Assembly: GCA_964654465.1 (NCBI GenBank)
Contig: CAZZIO010000022.1
Span: forward strand, 1 to 64,000
Reading direction: 5' to 3'
Source: an uncultured Dictyoglomota bacterium
GTDB taxonomy: Bacteria > Dictyoglomota > Dictyoglomia > Dictyoglomales > Dictyoglomaceae
Length of the DNA: 64,000 nucleotides
The notes beneath the pieces are model-generated. The model did no database searches and was not told the origin of the DNA. It was given only the letters and a program-made list of their open reading frames with translations. Shown here piece after piece: positions 40,326-50,820 of the stretch; the first letter of the stretch is position 1, and every line of letters starts with the position of its first letter. The translations under genes were made by a program, and so were the position numbers.

Positions 40326-41156
40326 ATGAAAAAGATAGTTATTTTTATCATACTATCAATAATAACTCTTTTAAACAGCATTTATGGAATTCAAACCATA
40401 TCAGTATCCATTCCTCCCATAGGTAGCATCTTAAGATATATTGCAGGTGAAAAATGGAGGATAGAAGTACTTTTACCCCAAAATACAAATCCTCATCTTT
40501 TTGAGCCAACCCCAAACACCATGAAAGCCATAGAAAACTCTAAACTTATAATAATAAATGGGGGAGATGTAGATCTATGGGCAATGAAACTTATTAATAC
40601 TAAACAAAAAGATCTTCTCATAATAGCGGATAGGATTAAAAACAAAGACGATAACCCCCATTATTGGCTTGATCCTCTCATGGTAAAAGAGATAGCACAA
40701 GCCATTTACGAAAAATTAAGAAGCATTGATCCCCAAAATCAAGCTTATTATCAAAATAATTTAAAAATTGTGGAGAAGAATATCCAAGAAATTGATAATT
40801 ATATAAGGAGAAGTCTATCTCCCTATAAGAAAAGGGAGATCATAGCATATCATCCTTCTTGGTATTACTTTTATAAAAGATATGATATCAAAGTATTGAG
40901 CTATATAGAGGAAGGAGAGGGAAAAGAGCCATCCTTGAAGAAGATTCAAGAGATCATAAATATTATTAAAAAACATAAGATTAAATATATTGTAAAAGAA
41001 CCTTTTATTAATCCACCAGTGATAAGAACAATACAAAAAGAAACAGGAGTAAAAGTAGTAGACATGGATCCTATAGGTTTCAATAAAGATTATTTTTCCT
41101 TAATAAAAGAAAATACTAATATTTTGAGAAGTATATTTTATGAACAAAATCATTGA
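40326..41156 (+). CDS. znuA: Zn/Mn ABC transporter substrate-binding protein
   Basis: Signal peptide, NPHLFEP, NPHYWLDP, YHPSW; start ATG 40326 (alternative GTG 40311). Confidence 0.88.
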   Translation: MKKIVIFIILSIITLLNSIYGIQTISVSIPPIGSILRYIAGEKWRIEVLLPQNTNPHLFEPTPNTMKAIENSKLIIINGGDVDLWAMKLINTKQKDLLIIADRIKNKDDNPHYWLDPLMVKEIAQAIYEKLRSIDPQNQAYYQNNLKIVEKNIQEIDNYIRRSLSPYKKREIIAYHPSWYYFYKRYDIKVLSYIEEGEGKEPSLKKIQEIINIIKKHKIKYIVKEPFINPPVIRTIQKETGVKVVDMDPIGFNKDYFSLIKENTNILRSIFYEQNH

Positions 41157-41883
41157 AATAAAGAATCTAACTTTTTATTACAATAATGATAAGATATTAG
41201 ACAACATAAATTTAGAGGTAGATGAAGGAGAATTTTTGGGTATTATAGGCCCTAATGGGGCTGGAAAATCTACCCTTTTAAAACTAATAGTTGGCATATT
41301 AAAACCTCAACAGGGTAAAATAATTTTATTTGGAAAAGAAATAGATAATATCACTTATGAAAAAAAATTTGTTGGATATGTACCTCAAAAACCTGATATA
41401 GAAAAGTATCTACCATTAAAAGTAAAAGATATTGTTGCCTTTGGAAGAAGAATCGTTAGAGATTGGAAAGCACTTAACAAAGAAGACCATGAAATAATTA
41501 ATAAAATAATGGAAAAGTTAGAGATCAAAGAATATGCAGATAAAATATTTAGTGAACTTTCGGGTGGACAACAACAAAGAGTATTAATTGCAAGAGCCTT
41601 AGTTCAAAACCCCAAAATTCTCCTTTTAGATGAACCAACAGTAGGTGTGGATATAAAAACTCAATATAACTTTTATAGAATTCTTGAAGAGCTAAAAAAT
41701 CAAAAGATCTCTATTATTTTAGTAACCCACGATATCGGAGCTATCACTAATAAGGTGGATAAACTTGCATGTCTAAATAGAAAGTTGTATATTCATGGAT
41801 GCCCTGAAGAAATTAAAATACACGGGGCATTAAGAGAAATATATGGTGAAGAATTTATATATTTAACTCATAAGGAGGATTAA
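41140..41883 (+). CDS. znuC: Zn/Mn ABC transporter ATP-binding protein
   Basis: GPNGAGKST, GYVPQ, LSGGQQQR, LDEPT, THD. Confidence 0.9.
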   Translation: MNKIIEIKNLTFYYNNDKILDNINLEVDEGEFLGIIGPNGAGKSTLLKLIVGILKPQQGKIILFGKEIDNITYEKKFVGYVPQKPDIEKYLPLKVKDIVAFGRRIVRDWKALNKEDHEIINKIMEKLEIKEYADKIFSELSGGQQQRVLIARALVQNPKILLLDEPTVGVDIKTQYNFYRILEELKNQKISIILVTHDIGAITNKVDKLACLNRKLYIHGCPEEIKIHGALREIYGEEFIYLTHKED

Positions 41884-41885
41884 TT

Positions 41886-42680
41886 TTGGATATTTTTCAA
41901 TATTCTTTTATGCAAAAAAGTATTTTAGCTGGTATATTTATAAGTATAATTTCAAGTATTATAGGCATCTATATTCTCTTAAGAGGGATAACCTTCATGG
42001 GGGCAGGAATAAGTCATGCGGTATTTGGGGGGTTAGCTTTTGGTTATCTACTCAATATAAACATGACTTTAACATCTATAATATTTACTATAATAATATT
42101 ATTAAGTATGCCATATATAACTAAAAAATCAAAATTAAAAGCAGACGTACCAATAGGTATTTACTTTTCCTCCTCTATGGCTTTAGGAGCATTGCTTTTA
42201 AGTTTTCATAAAGGTTACACAACTAATCTTTTTAGTTTCCTTTTTGGAAGTATTCTCTCTATAGGAGACCAGGATCTTTTTCTAACAATTACATTTACAA
42301 TTTTTCTTTTGTTCTTTTCTTATAAAAATTATTGGAAGATTTTATTTATTATCTTCGATGAAGAATCTGCCAAAGCCTCTGGAATAAACACATCCCGTTT
42401 AGAAACCTATATATTAATCCTCACTGGTATAGCCATTGTACTTATAAGTAAACTTGTTGGCATCATCTTATCTTCAGCTTTAATTATTATTCCTGTAGCT
42501 ACTTTAATACCTTTTATAAAAGACATAAAAAAATTAGCAATCTATACCATATTATTTACCTTTTTAAATATCTTATTGGGATTAATAATTTCCTACCACT
42601 TTGATACACCTTCTGGCTCCACTATCGTTATGCTTGGAACTCTTGTTTTCTTTATCTCCCTATTTTTTTCAAAAAAATAA
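41886..42680 (+). CDS. znuB: Zn/Mn ABC transporter permease
   Basis: ISHAVFGG, FLFGSIL, FDEE.A...G, PSGSTIV. Confidence 0.9.
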   Translation: MDIFQYSFMQKSILAGIFISIISSIIGIYILLRGITFMGAGISHAVFGGLAFGYLLNINMTLTSIIFTIIILLSMPYITKKSKLKADVPIGIYFSSSMALGALLLSFHKGYTTNLFSFLFGSILSIGDQDLFLTITFTIFLLFFSYKNYWKILFIIFDEESAKASGINTSRLETYILILTGIAIVLISKLVGIILSSALIIIPVATLIPFIKDIKKLAIYTILFTFLNILLGLIISYHFDTPSGSTIVMLGTLVFFISLFFSKK

Positions 42681-42682
42681 AA

Positions 42683-43897
42683 TTACCTATAAGTTTCTTC
42701 TTCCGCCTTCTCAAATATTTTTTTAAGCAAAGTCTCTTCTATTACCTCTGCTGCAGCTCCTATAGGTCCTGTTAAACCACCTAATTTAGTAGTAATAATC
42801 TCTGGTATAGGAGGAAAGGCATGAAGATTTACTACTCTCTTTACAGGATCCAAAAGAAGCTCCTCTGCTTTGGAAAGTCCTCCAGCAATAATAACAATTT
42901 CAGGATTTAGTATATTTATAAGATTAGCAATACCTATGCCTAAATAAGTTCCAAGCTCTTCAAAAATATTAAGAACAAATCTATCTCCAGATTTCCCAGC
43001 CTCAATAATCTCATCTAAAATCTCATCTCTACTCTTATTTTCCAAATTCACCTTCGTATATGCATTCTTGCGAATACCTTCTAATATTTTTTCATAGAGC
43101 ACCTGCGTTGAAACATAACTCTCTAAACATCCATAACTTCCACATTTACATTTATTTCCATTTTTCTCTATAATTGTATGTCCAAACTCCCCAGCTCTAT
43201 CATCAGGTCCCCTATAAATTTTACCATCAAGCACTAAGCCTGCACTCACACCACTTCCTACCCTTACACATATGAGATTATCCTTACCAATACCAGCACC
43301 ATACCAAAGCTCTCCATAAGTGACAGCTTTTACTATATGTTCAATAAAAATAGGTACTCCCTCTATGTATTTAGAAAGATATTCCTTTATTTTTACATTT
43401 CTCCATCCAAGATTCGGCGAAAACAAACACACTCCTTCCTTTCTATTTATTGTACCAGGTACAGCTAACCCAACTCCAATAATATCCTCCTTATTTACTC
43501 CATCAATCAAAGAACGATATATATTAACTACTCCATTCAAAACCATATCTACATCATTGTTATATAAGACAATACTCTCTTTTCTCAAAACTCTCCCAGA
43601 AAGAGCCATTAATATGCCTGTAATCTTATCCTTCTCTATCTCTATTCCTATAGGATAATAACCTACCTCATTAAGAGTAAGTTCTATAGGACGCCTGCCA
43701 ACTTTTGTTACCTGGGCAGGACTTTCCTTTATTATCCCCACACTTATTAGATTTTCCACAATACTAGATACTGCAGAAGGACTTAATTTTGTAATCTTAG
43801 AAATGTCATAACGAGATATAGGCCCCATTCTTCTTATGGTATCAAGTACCAAAGATATATTAGCAATTCTCATACTTTTTATATTTACAGGTTTCAA
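42683..43897 (-). CDS. ROK family transcriptional regulator (XylR/NagC-like)
   Basis: wHTH (ISRYDIS..LS..., GRRP), GEFGH, CKCGSYGCLE. Confidence 0.92.
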   Translation of the reverse strand: MKPVNIKSMRIANISLVLDTIRRMGPISRYDISKITKLSPSAVSSIVENLISVGIIKESPAQVTKVGRRPIELTLNEVGYYPIGIEIEKDKITGILMALSGRVLRKESIVLYNNDVDMVLNGVVNIYRSLIDGVNKEDIIGVGLAVPGTINRKEGVCLFSPNLGWRNVKIKEYLSKYIEGVPIFIEHIVKAVTYGELWYGAGIGKDNLICVRVGSGVSAGLVLDGKIYRGPDDRAGEFGHTIIEKNGNKCKCGSYGCLESYVSTQVLYEKILEGIRKNAYTKVNLENKSRDEILDEIIEAGKSGDRFVLNIFEELGTYLGIGIANLINILNPEIVIIAGGLSKAEELLLDPVKRVVNLHAFPPIPEIITTKLGGLTGPIGAAAEVIEETLLKKIFEKAEEETYR

Positions 43898-44095
43898 CTT
43901 CTATTGACCTCCAATCAAAAATTTTTTTTACCATAAAAAATTATATTATTTTTTATAAATTAAAGTCAATAAAATAAATACAATTCAAGAATTATAAGAG
44001 GATAATAAAAGAATATCTTTTTACATCTGTATTATTTAACCTAAGCGTAAAAATTATCCATTGTGATAATATATAAGGAAGAAAGGAGGTAAAAA

Positions 44096-44956
44096 ATGGA
44101 AGAAAAGATTTTATTGAAACTTCAGAGAAACGAAATAACCGAACACAATATATATAAAATTCTTTCAAAAGGGTTAAAAGATAAAAAAAATAGGGAAATA
44201 CTTTTAAAAATTTCTCAAGATGAGTTTGCCCACTACAACGTACTAAGGAAAATAACCCAAAAAGATTTAAATCCTAATAAATTTAAGCTTTACTTGTATC
44301 TCTTTCTTACAAAGATTTTTGGTTTTACCTTTGTACTCAAACTTATGGAAAAAGGAGAGGATAAAGCAATAGAAAGCTATAGAAAAATTATTAATAAGTA
44401 TCCACAAATTAATGAAATCCTTGATGATGAAAAAGAACATGAACAGAAATTATTAAATACCTTAGATGAAGAGAGATTAAACTATATTGGATCAATGGTT
44501 CTTGGATTGTCAGATGCCTTAGTGGAACTTACAGGTACCTTAGCAGGTTTAACCTTTGCCTTCCAAAATACAAAGCTTATATCCATATCTGGATTAATAA
44601 CAGGAATCTCAGCTGCATTATCAATGGCAGGATCAGAGTATCTCTCTTCGAAAGCAGAATCTTCTGAAAGAAATCCTTTGAAATCTGCAATAACCACTGG
44701 AATAACATATATTATGACAGTTTTAATTCTAATCCTTCCCTACTTAATAACACAAAATTATATCCTTGCTTTAATTTTAACTCTTCTTTTTGCAGTCATT
44801 TTAGTTGTAATCTTCAATTTTTATATATCAGTTGCAAAGGACTATGAGTTTAATAAAAGATTTTTAGAAATGACAATTATTATCTTTTCTGTATCCTTTA
44901 TAAGTTTCTTAATAGGGGTTTTTGTCAAAAAGGTTTTAGGAATCAATATAGATTAA
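44096..44956 (+). CDS. Rubrerythrin-like/VIT1-CCC1 fusion iron transporter
   Basis: N-terminal DEFAH, DEKEH diiron motifs; LGLSDALVE, LSMAGSEYLS VIT1 motifs. Confidence 0.85.
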   Translation: MEEKILLKLQRNEITEHNIYKILSKGLKDKKNREILLKISQDEFAHYNVLRKITQKDLNPNKFKLYLYLFLTKIFGFTFVLKLMEKGEDKAIESYRKIINKYPQINEILDDEKEHEQKLLNTLDEERLNYIGSMVLGLSDALVELTGTLAGLTFAFQNTKLISISGLITGISAALSMAGSEYLSSKAESSERNPLKSAITTGITYIMTVLILILPYLITQNYILALILTLLFAVILVVIFNFYISVAKDYEFNKRFLEMTIIIFSVSFISFLIGVFVKKVLGINID

Positions 44957-44957
44957 G

Positions 44958-44982
44958 AAGGGGAAGCTATAAGCTTCCCCTT
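44958..44982. terminator. Hairpin between convergent genes
   Basis: AAGGGGAAGCT-ata-AGCTTCCCCTT. Confidence 0.75.
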
Positions 44983-46612
44983 AAGATAAAACCCCTACTT
45001 TTCTCCCACATCTATTTGCCACACAATATTTTTCCTTAAAATGGTTTATAAATTCATCCTTAAAATATCTAATTGCAGAAACCACAGGAAGATGTACCGA
45101 TTGTCCTAATGGACAGAAGGATGTATCCTTCATTACAAGACTAATATTTACCATTTCATCTATATCCTCTTTAGAACCCTCTAAATTAGCAAACCTATTT
45201 ATTATTTCTACCAATCTCTTAGTACCAACTCTACAAGGAGTACACCTACCACAAGATTCATGCTCAAAAAATCTTAAAATACTCTTCAACATATCTACAA
45301 TACATGCTGTTTCATTCATAACTAATATAGCCCCAGATCCAAGGACTGCTTTATATTCTTTTAAGTTTTCAAAATCCATCTTAACATCAAGCATTTCCTC
45401 TCCTAAAAAGGCACCAGCTGCTCCCCCTACTAATGCACACTTAAACTTTTTCCCATCCTTTATCCCGCCACCATATTGGAAAATTATCTCTCTCAAAGGA
45501 GTACCCATCTCTACTTCTATAAGGCCTGCATTTATCACATCTCCTAAAATGGTATAGACCTTAGTGCCTGGACATTTTTCTGTTCCAAATTGCCTAAACC
45601 ATTCAGCTCCATTTCTTACAATATCAGGAATATTAGCCAATGTTTCCACATTGTTCACTACAGTTGGCTTATTTCTCAATCCCTGAGAAACAGGATAAGG
45701 AGGCTTTATTCTTGGTACTCCTCTTTTACCCTCCAAAGATTCTATTAAAGCTGTTTCTTCTCCACAGATATAAGCACCTGCTCCCTTCCTCACCTCTATA
45801 TCAAAGGAAAAATTACTACCAAGAATATTATCTCCAAGAAGTCCATAATCTTTTGCTGTTTGGATAGCTTTCTGCATACGATCTATGGACAATTTATATT
45901 CCCCTCTAATATAAATATATCCCTTCTTAGCTCCTACCGCATAACCAGCAATAGTCATGGCTTCAACTATTCTATAAGGATCACCTTCTAAAATTAATCT
46001 ATCTTTGAAGGTTCCCGGCTCTCCTTCATCAGCATTACATATAACATATTTTTCATCTGCAGGAATTTTATAAGTAAATTCCCATTTCAAACCTGTGGGA
46101 AAACCTGCTCCTCCTCTACCTCTAAGTCCTGAATCTTTAACCACTTTTATTACATCTTCAGGTTTCATTTCAAAAATAGCCTTAGTTAGGCCATCAAATC
46201 CATCAGAAGCTATATATTCTTCTATACTCTCGGGATTTATCACTCCACTATTTTTAAGTACAATCCTTACTTGTCTCTTGGTTAACCCAACCTCTTCCTT
46301 TACTACTACTGATGGGGTAGTAATTTCTTCTATCATAAGTCTTTTTAAAGGTCTTCCTTTTACAAAATGTTCCTCTACCAATTCTGGAATATCTTCCGGT
46401 TTTACATTGCCATAATAAACTCCTTCAGGATAAACCACCATTACTACACCTTTCCCAATAATTCCAAGAGGACCTGTTTCAATTACTCCTACTTCCTTAT
46501 CAATACCCCTTTTTCTTAATTCATTTATCAAAGCTTCTTCTACAGCTTTTGCTCCTGCCAACAAAGTGTTTGCATCTATGGATATCAAAACATGACTTCT
46601 TACTATACTCAT
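44981..46612 (-). CDS. NuoF/HydB-like NAD(P)H-binding flavoprotein subunit
   Basis: SGLRGRGGAGFPTG, ADEGEPGTFKDR, GAGAYICGEETAL, ESCGRCTPCR..C. Confidence 0.9.
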   Translation of the reverse strand: MSIVRSHVLISIDANTLLAGAKAVEEALINELRKRGIDKEVGVIETGPLGIIGKGVVMVVYPEGVYYGNVKPEDIPELVEEHFVKGRPLKRLMIEEITTPSVVVKEEVGLTKRQVRIVLKNSGVINPESIEEYIASDGFDGLTKAIFEMKPEDVIKVVKDSGLRGRGGAGFPTGLKWEFTYKIPADEKYVICNADEGEPGTFKDRLILEGDPYRIVEAMTIAGYAVGAKKGYIYIRGEYKLSIDRMQKAIQTAKDYGLLGDNILGSNFSFDIEVRKGAGAYICGEETALIESLEGKRGVPRIKPPYPVSQGLRNKPTVVNNVETLANIPDIVRNGAEWFRQFGTEKCPGTKVYTILGDVINAGLIEVEMGTPLREIIFQYGGGIKDGKKFKCALVGGAAGAFLGEEMLDVKMDFENLKEYKAVLGSGAILVMNETACIVDMLKSILRFFEHESCGRCTPCRVGTKRLVEIINRFANLEGSKEDIDEMVNISLVMKDTSFCPLGQSVHLPVVSAIRYFKDEFINHFKEKYCVANRCGRKVGVLS

Positions 46613-47070
46613 AAATTCCCCCTCTTTTCCTCCAAGATTTTATCAATCTTCTCAAAGGTAAGATTTCCATAAACATCATCATTAATCATCATAGCAGGAG
46701 CTACCGCACATACCCCAAGACAGCTTGTAAGTTCCAAAGTAAAAAGTCTATCAGGAGTAGTTTCTCCAACCTTTATCTTCAATTTTCTTTCTAAATATTC
46801 TAAAAGGGACTCAGATCCAACTAAATGACATGGGGGTGAATCGCACAATCTTATCACATATCTTCCCCTTGGTTTTAAACTAAACATGGAGTAAAAAGAT
46901 GCCACACCTTCCACATAGCTCACAGGAAGATCTAAATATTCTGCACATAGTTTTATATCTTCTGGAGTTAAATAATTATAAGGGTTGCTATCTTGAAGGG
47001 CATGGAGAATCTCAATAATATAATCCGGATTTTTGGGAAAACTTTTAAGAATCTCCTCTTTTGTCTTCAT
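46609..47070 (-). CDS. NuoE/HydC-like [2Fe-2S] subunit
   Basis: ASFY, CDSPPC, CLGVC..AP. Confidence 0.9.
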   Translation of the reverse strand: MKTKEEILKSFPKNPDYIIEILHALQDSNPYNYLTPEDIKLCAEYLDLPVSYVEGVASFYSMFSLKPRGRYVIRLCDSPPCHLVGSESLLEYLERKLKIKVGETTPDRLFTLELTSCLGVCAVAPAMMINDDVYGNLTFEKIDKILEEKRGNL

Positions 47071-47133
47071 ATTTTACAACCCCCAAATTTTATGTTTCCT
47101 TTTAAATAGTGTAAAATATAACGATTTAATCTG

Positions 47134-49071
47134 TCAATAATTTTCCTCTATCATTTCCTCTTTTATAACCTCTATCATAATTTCGGCTATTTGAGGATCA
47201 AACTGTTTTCCCTTATTTTTCTCTATCTCTAAAATAGCCTCCTCAAAAGTCATCGCTCTTTTATAAGGTCTTTCACTGGTCATAGCATCAAAAGCATCAG
47301 ATGTTGCAATAATTCTCGACTCCAATGGAATTTCATATGAGGATAATCCATCAGGATATCCTAACCCATCCCACCTCTCATGATGATATCTAACAATTTC
47401 TGCTAAATCTCTAAATTCATCTACCTGTTTTAATATCTCCTCACTTTTAATAGGATGGATTTTTACAATTTCAAATTCCTCCTGCGTTAATCTTCCATTT
47501 TTATTTAAAATACTTTGAGGAATATAAATTTTACCTATATCATGTAATAATGATGCCCAATATATCTTCTTAATTCTTTCCGGAGATAAAGCAAGCTTTT
47601 CTGCAACCTTTACAGCATATTTAGCAACCCTTTCAGAATGCCCCTGAGTATACTTATCATAGTATTCAAGAGTCTTAATAAGAAGAGTTACCATTTTGCT
47701 TAAATAAACTTCTCTTTCCCTAATATGTACTCTTATACCATAAAATGCTGAAATAATATTTCCAAACTTTTCAAGTATTTCCACATCCTTTTCATCAAAG
47801 GAATATATACTTTCCTTTGGAATAACACAAGCCAAATAACCATATATTTTTTCTTGCCATTTAAGAGGGTATAAAAGCATCTCTTTCATATTTATATCCT
47901 TTAAAAAACTTGGCTCTCTTACTAATGTAATATTTTGTATATTCAAAATGTTATTACTTTCTTCTTTTGAAATTAATAATCCTTCCAAATTATTATCATA
48001 TCCATTCATGGCTAAAATCCTTAAAGAATCCATATGTCTATAAAAAAATACACCATAAGTATCTTTACCCAAGATTTTAACAATAATCTGTAATACTCTC
48101 TTCACAAAGTCATAATCCTTCAAATCTATGCTTGAAATATAAGATACATTTCTTATAAAGAATTCAAATTTGTCAATTTGTTCTCTGAGTTTATCATGAA
48201 CTCTTTTCAATTCTTTTGTAGCTTCTCTTACTCTAATAGAGAGAATTCTATTATACGAAAGAACAATGATTAATATGGAAAGTCCAATAATCACAATATA
48301 TAGAACAATTTTAGGAAGAATTGAAGGAACTTCTTCTTTAAATGAATATTTTTCTAATAATCTATCCATATCTTCTTGCGGTATTTTAGACAATCCCTCA
48401 TTAATAACAGATACAATATGGGCTTTATTTTTAAGAGAAGCCACATAAAGATAGTTTGTATATATTACAGGCCCTTTAAAAAATTCATAAATCAAATCAT
48501 ATTTGGTCAAATAATAGAAAGCAGGTGGATCATCCATGATAAATACTTTTATTTCATCCTTTTTAGCAGAAAGTATTATATCAGAATAATTACTATAAAA
48601 CTTAAAATTAACCTGCGGATTCTGTAAGAGAAAAATCTCTATTAAAGCATCGCCTCTTTTTGCCCCCACAATAAAGGGTGTAACATCCTTTGGATAATTT
48701 ATTTTTGGTATACTTTTATGATAATAAATACTTGATGTAACCTTAAAAATCGGTTTAGAAAAAATTAAATACTTTTCTCTTTCAGGCGTTTTAAATATGG
48801 TATCTATAGCATCAACTTTTCCTTCAAAAAGTATATTTTGGGCTTTACTCCATTCTTCTGGAATAAGCTCTATTTTTATTCCTGTCTTCTCACTCCATAT
48901 CTTCCAAAATTCTACTGATATTCCTACTAGATTTCCTTTCTCATCGATGTATGTAAAGGGAGGATAATCTTTATCTGTAATAATTTTTATAGAATTATTA
49001 GAAGATATAGGGGGTGCAATAAGACAAAATATTAATAATGTAAGAAGACATCTAAAAAATTTTAACTTCAT
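47134..49071 (-). CDS. Membrane HD-GYP phosphodiesterase with periplasmic amino-acid-binding (SBP family 3) and GAF-like domains
   Basis: DYPPF periplasmic domain, TM, YTQGHSERV, LLHDIGK, HHERWDG.GYPDGL, RPYK. Confidence 0.9.
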   Translation of the reverse strand: MKLKFFRCLLTLLIFCLIAPPISSNNSIKIITDKDYPPFTYIDEKGNLVGISVEFWKIWSEKTGIKIELIPEEWSKAQNILFEGKVDAIDTIFKTPEREKYLIFSKPIFKVTSSIYYHKSIPKINYPKDVTPFIVGAKRGDALIEIFLLQNPQVNFKFYSNYSDIILSAKKDEIKVFIMDDPPAFYYLTKYDLIYEFFKGPVIYTNYLYVASLKNKAHIVSVINEGLSKIPQEDMDRLLEKYSFKEEVPSILPKIVLYIVIIGLSILIIVLSYNRILSIRVREATKELKRVHDKLREQIDKFEFFIRNVSYISSIDLKDYDFVKRVLQIIVKILGKDTYGVFFYRHMDSLRILAMNGYDNNLEGLLISKEESNNILNIQNITLVREPSFLKDINMKEMLLYPLKWQEKIYGYLACVIPKESIYSFDEKDVEILEKFGNIISAFYGIRVHIREREVYLSKMVTLLIKTLEYYDKYTQGHSERVAKYAVKVAEKLALSPERIKKIYWASLLHDIGKIYIPQSILNKNGRLTQEEFEIVKIHPIKSEEILKQVDEFRDLAEIVRYHHERWDGLGYPDGLSSYEIPLESRIIATSDAFDAMTSERPYKRAMTFEEAILEIEKNKGKQFDPQIAEIMIEVIKEEMIEENY

Positions 49072-49120
49072 ATTAATCTTAATTTTATCATGTTTTATGC
49101 TATAATTTTACCATAAAAAT

Positions 49121-49801
49121 ATGAATTTACTGCTAATATCTATAGCTCCAGGAATTGCCATCTCTTGGTATGTGTATCATAAAGATAGATGGAATAAAGA
49201 ACCATCAAAAACTATAATTTATGCATTTATATTAGGAGCCCTCGTATCTTTTCCATCTGCATTTTTAGAAGTTGTTATAGATTTACTTAATTTATTTAAA
49301 CCACACAGAGATTTAGCCTCCCTTTTTATATATACATTTTTCGGAATTGCACTTATAGAAGAAGGAGCAAAGTACTACGTCATTTATAAATTTATCTATC
49401 CCAAAGAAGAATTTGATGAACCCTTTGATGGTATTGTTTATTCGGTAATGGTTGGTATGGGATTTGCCACAGTAGAAAACATATTCTACGTCCTACCGGA
49501 AGGATATGTGGTAGGTTTTACAAGAGCTTTTTTGGCTGTACCTGCCCATTTTGTTATGGCTCTTTTTATGGGATATGCATTTGGACTTGCAAAGTTTGGT
49601 GTTAAGCCTGAAAAACATCTAACACAAGCATTATTCTACCCAGTTTTTTGGCACGCACTTTACGACTTTTTAATTTTGACAAATATATGGTATCTTTCCA
49701 TCCTTATTCTACCAATTGTATATATAGTGGGAAGGTGGATATGGAAAAGAGGACAAAGGCTGATTATAAATGAAAAAGGGGAGGAAAGTAAATATGATTA
49801 A
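49121..49801 (+). CDS. PrsW family intramembrane metalloprotease
   Basis: IEEGAK, GFATVEN, PAH, HALYD. Confidence 0.9.
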   Translation: MNLLLISIAPGIAISWYVYHKDRWNKEPSKTIIYAFILGALVSFPSAFLEVVIDLLNLFKPHRDLASLFIYTFFGIALIEEGAKYYVIYKFIYPKEEFDEPFDGIVYSVMVGMGFATVENIFYVLPEGYVVGFTRAFLAVPAHFVMALFMGYAFGLAKFGVKPEKHLTQALFYPVFWHALYDFLILTNIWYLSILILPIVYIVGRWIWKRGQRLIINEKGEESKYD

Positions 49802-50510
49802 AGCAATACTCTTTGATCTTGATGGCACCTTACTATATAGTGATTTAGAATTATTTACCAAACATTATTTCTCTATGTTAAGAGAAGAATTTAAGAAAAT
49901 AGGAGATGCAGATTCTTTATTTAAAAGTTTAAATATAGCGGTAACGAAAATGATGCAAAATAGAGGACCTAAATCTAATAACGAGGTATTTTGGGAAGAA
50001 TTCGAAAAATTAGTAAGCATAGATAGAAATATTATGGAAGATTTCTTTTATAACTTTTATATTGAAAAATTTCCAAAATTAAAAGATACGGTAAAAGCCA
50101 GACCAAATCCATACGCAAAAGAAGTTATTGAGAAAGCATTTGATTTAGGTCTCAAAGTAGTAATAGCCACTAATGCAGTTTTTCCACTCATAGCCATAAG
50201 GGAGAGATTAAGATGGGCAGAAATAGATAATTTTAATTATGACTTGATAACCTCTATGGAAATTATGCATGCTTGCAAACCATTTCCTGAATACTATAAG
50301 GAAATCTTGGAAAAAATAGGAGAAAAGCCAGAAAAAACCATAATGGTTGGAAATGATTTACAAGAAGATCTTTCTGCCAGCTCCTTAGGTATTATTACTT
50401 TTCTAACCAAGGATGGACAAATATTAAACGGAGATAAACCAAAGTATACTCCTGACATTATAGGAAAAATGGAGGATCTTTTAGAGATTCTTCCTCTACT
50501 TTCTAAATAA
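49794..50510 (+). CDS. HAD-superfamily hydrolase
   Basis: FDLDGTL, ATN, CKP, VGND..ED; SD GGGGAGG before ATG 49794. Confidence 0.9.
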   Translation: MIKAILFDLDGTLLYSDLELFTKHYFSMLREEFKKIGDADSLFKSLNIAVTKMMQNRGPKSNNEVFWEEFEKLVSIDRNIMEDFFYNFYIEKFPKLKDTVKARPNPYAKEVIEKAFDLGLKVVIATNAVFPLIAIRERLRWAEIDNFNYDLITSMEIMHACKPFPEYYKEILEKIGEKPEKTIMVGNDLQEDLSASSLGIITFLTKDGQILNGDKPKYTPDIIGKMEDLLEILPLLSK

Positions 50511-50571
50511 GGCCTTTTGTTTTATAATATTTTTGTATTTGTTTTCTCACAAAATAAGGGAGGTGACAATT

Positions 50572-50778
50572 TTGTTAAGCAAGATATTAATCATTCTATT
50601 TGGTATTATCTGTATTGGATTAGGCCTATGGGGGCTCATAGTTTGGTGGTCCTATTTTCTGAAGGCTTTAATGGCTGGGGTACCAATATTTTTAATTTTC
50701 TTAGGAATAATTTTGCTTATCTTTGGATATACAGAATTAAAAACTATACTTTCGGAAAAAAGAGAGAAAAAAGAATAA
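50572..50778 (+). CDS. Small two-TM membrane protein
   Basis: SD GGGAGGTG before TTG 50572; two hydrophobic segments and charged tail; followed by terminator. Confidence 0.7.
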   Translation: MLSKILIILFGIICIGLGLWGLIVWWSYFLKALMAGVPIFLIFLGIILLIFGYTELKTILSEKREKKE

Positions 50779-50784
50779 TATATT

Positions 50785-50819
50785 AAAAAGAGGGGGACTT
50801 AATGCCCCCTCTTTTTTTT
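50785..50819. terminator. Bidirectional intrinsic terminator
   Basis: AAAAAGAGGGGG-acttaatg-CCCCCTCTTTTTTT. Confidence 0.85.
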
Positions 50820-50820
50820 A

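Noticed and set aside
47105-47127. Rex operator upstream of the nuoE/F-like genes
   Set aside because: Too many mismatches to TTGTGAA-N4-TTCACAA
50517-50786. 89-aa alternative-frame ORF
   Set aside because: The SD supports the overlapping two-TM frame starting at 50572
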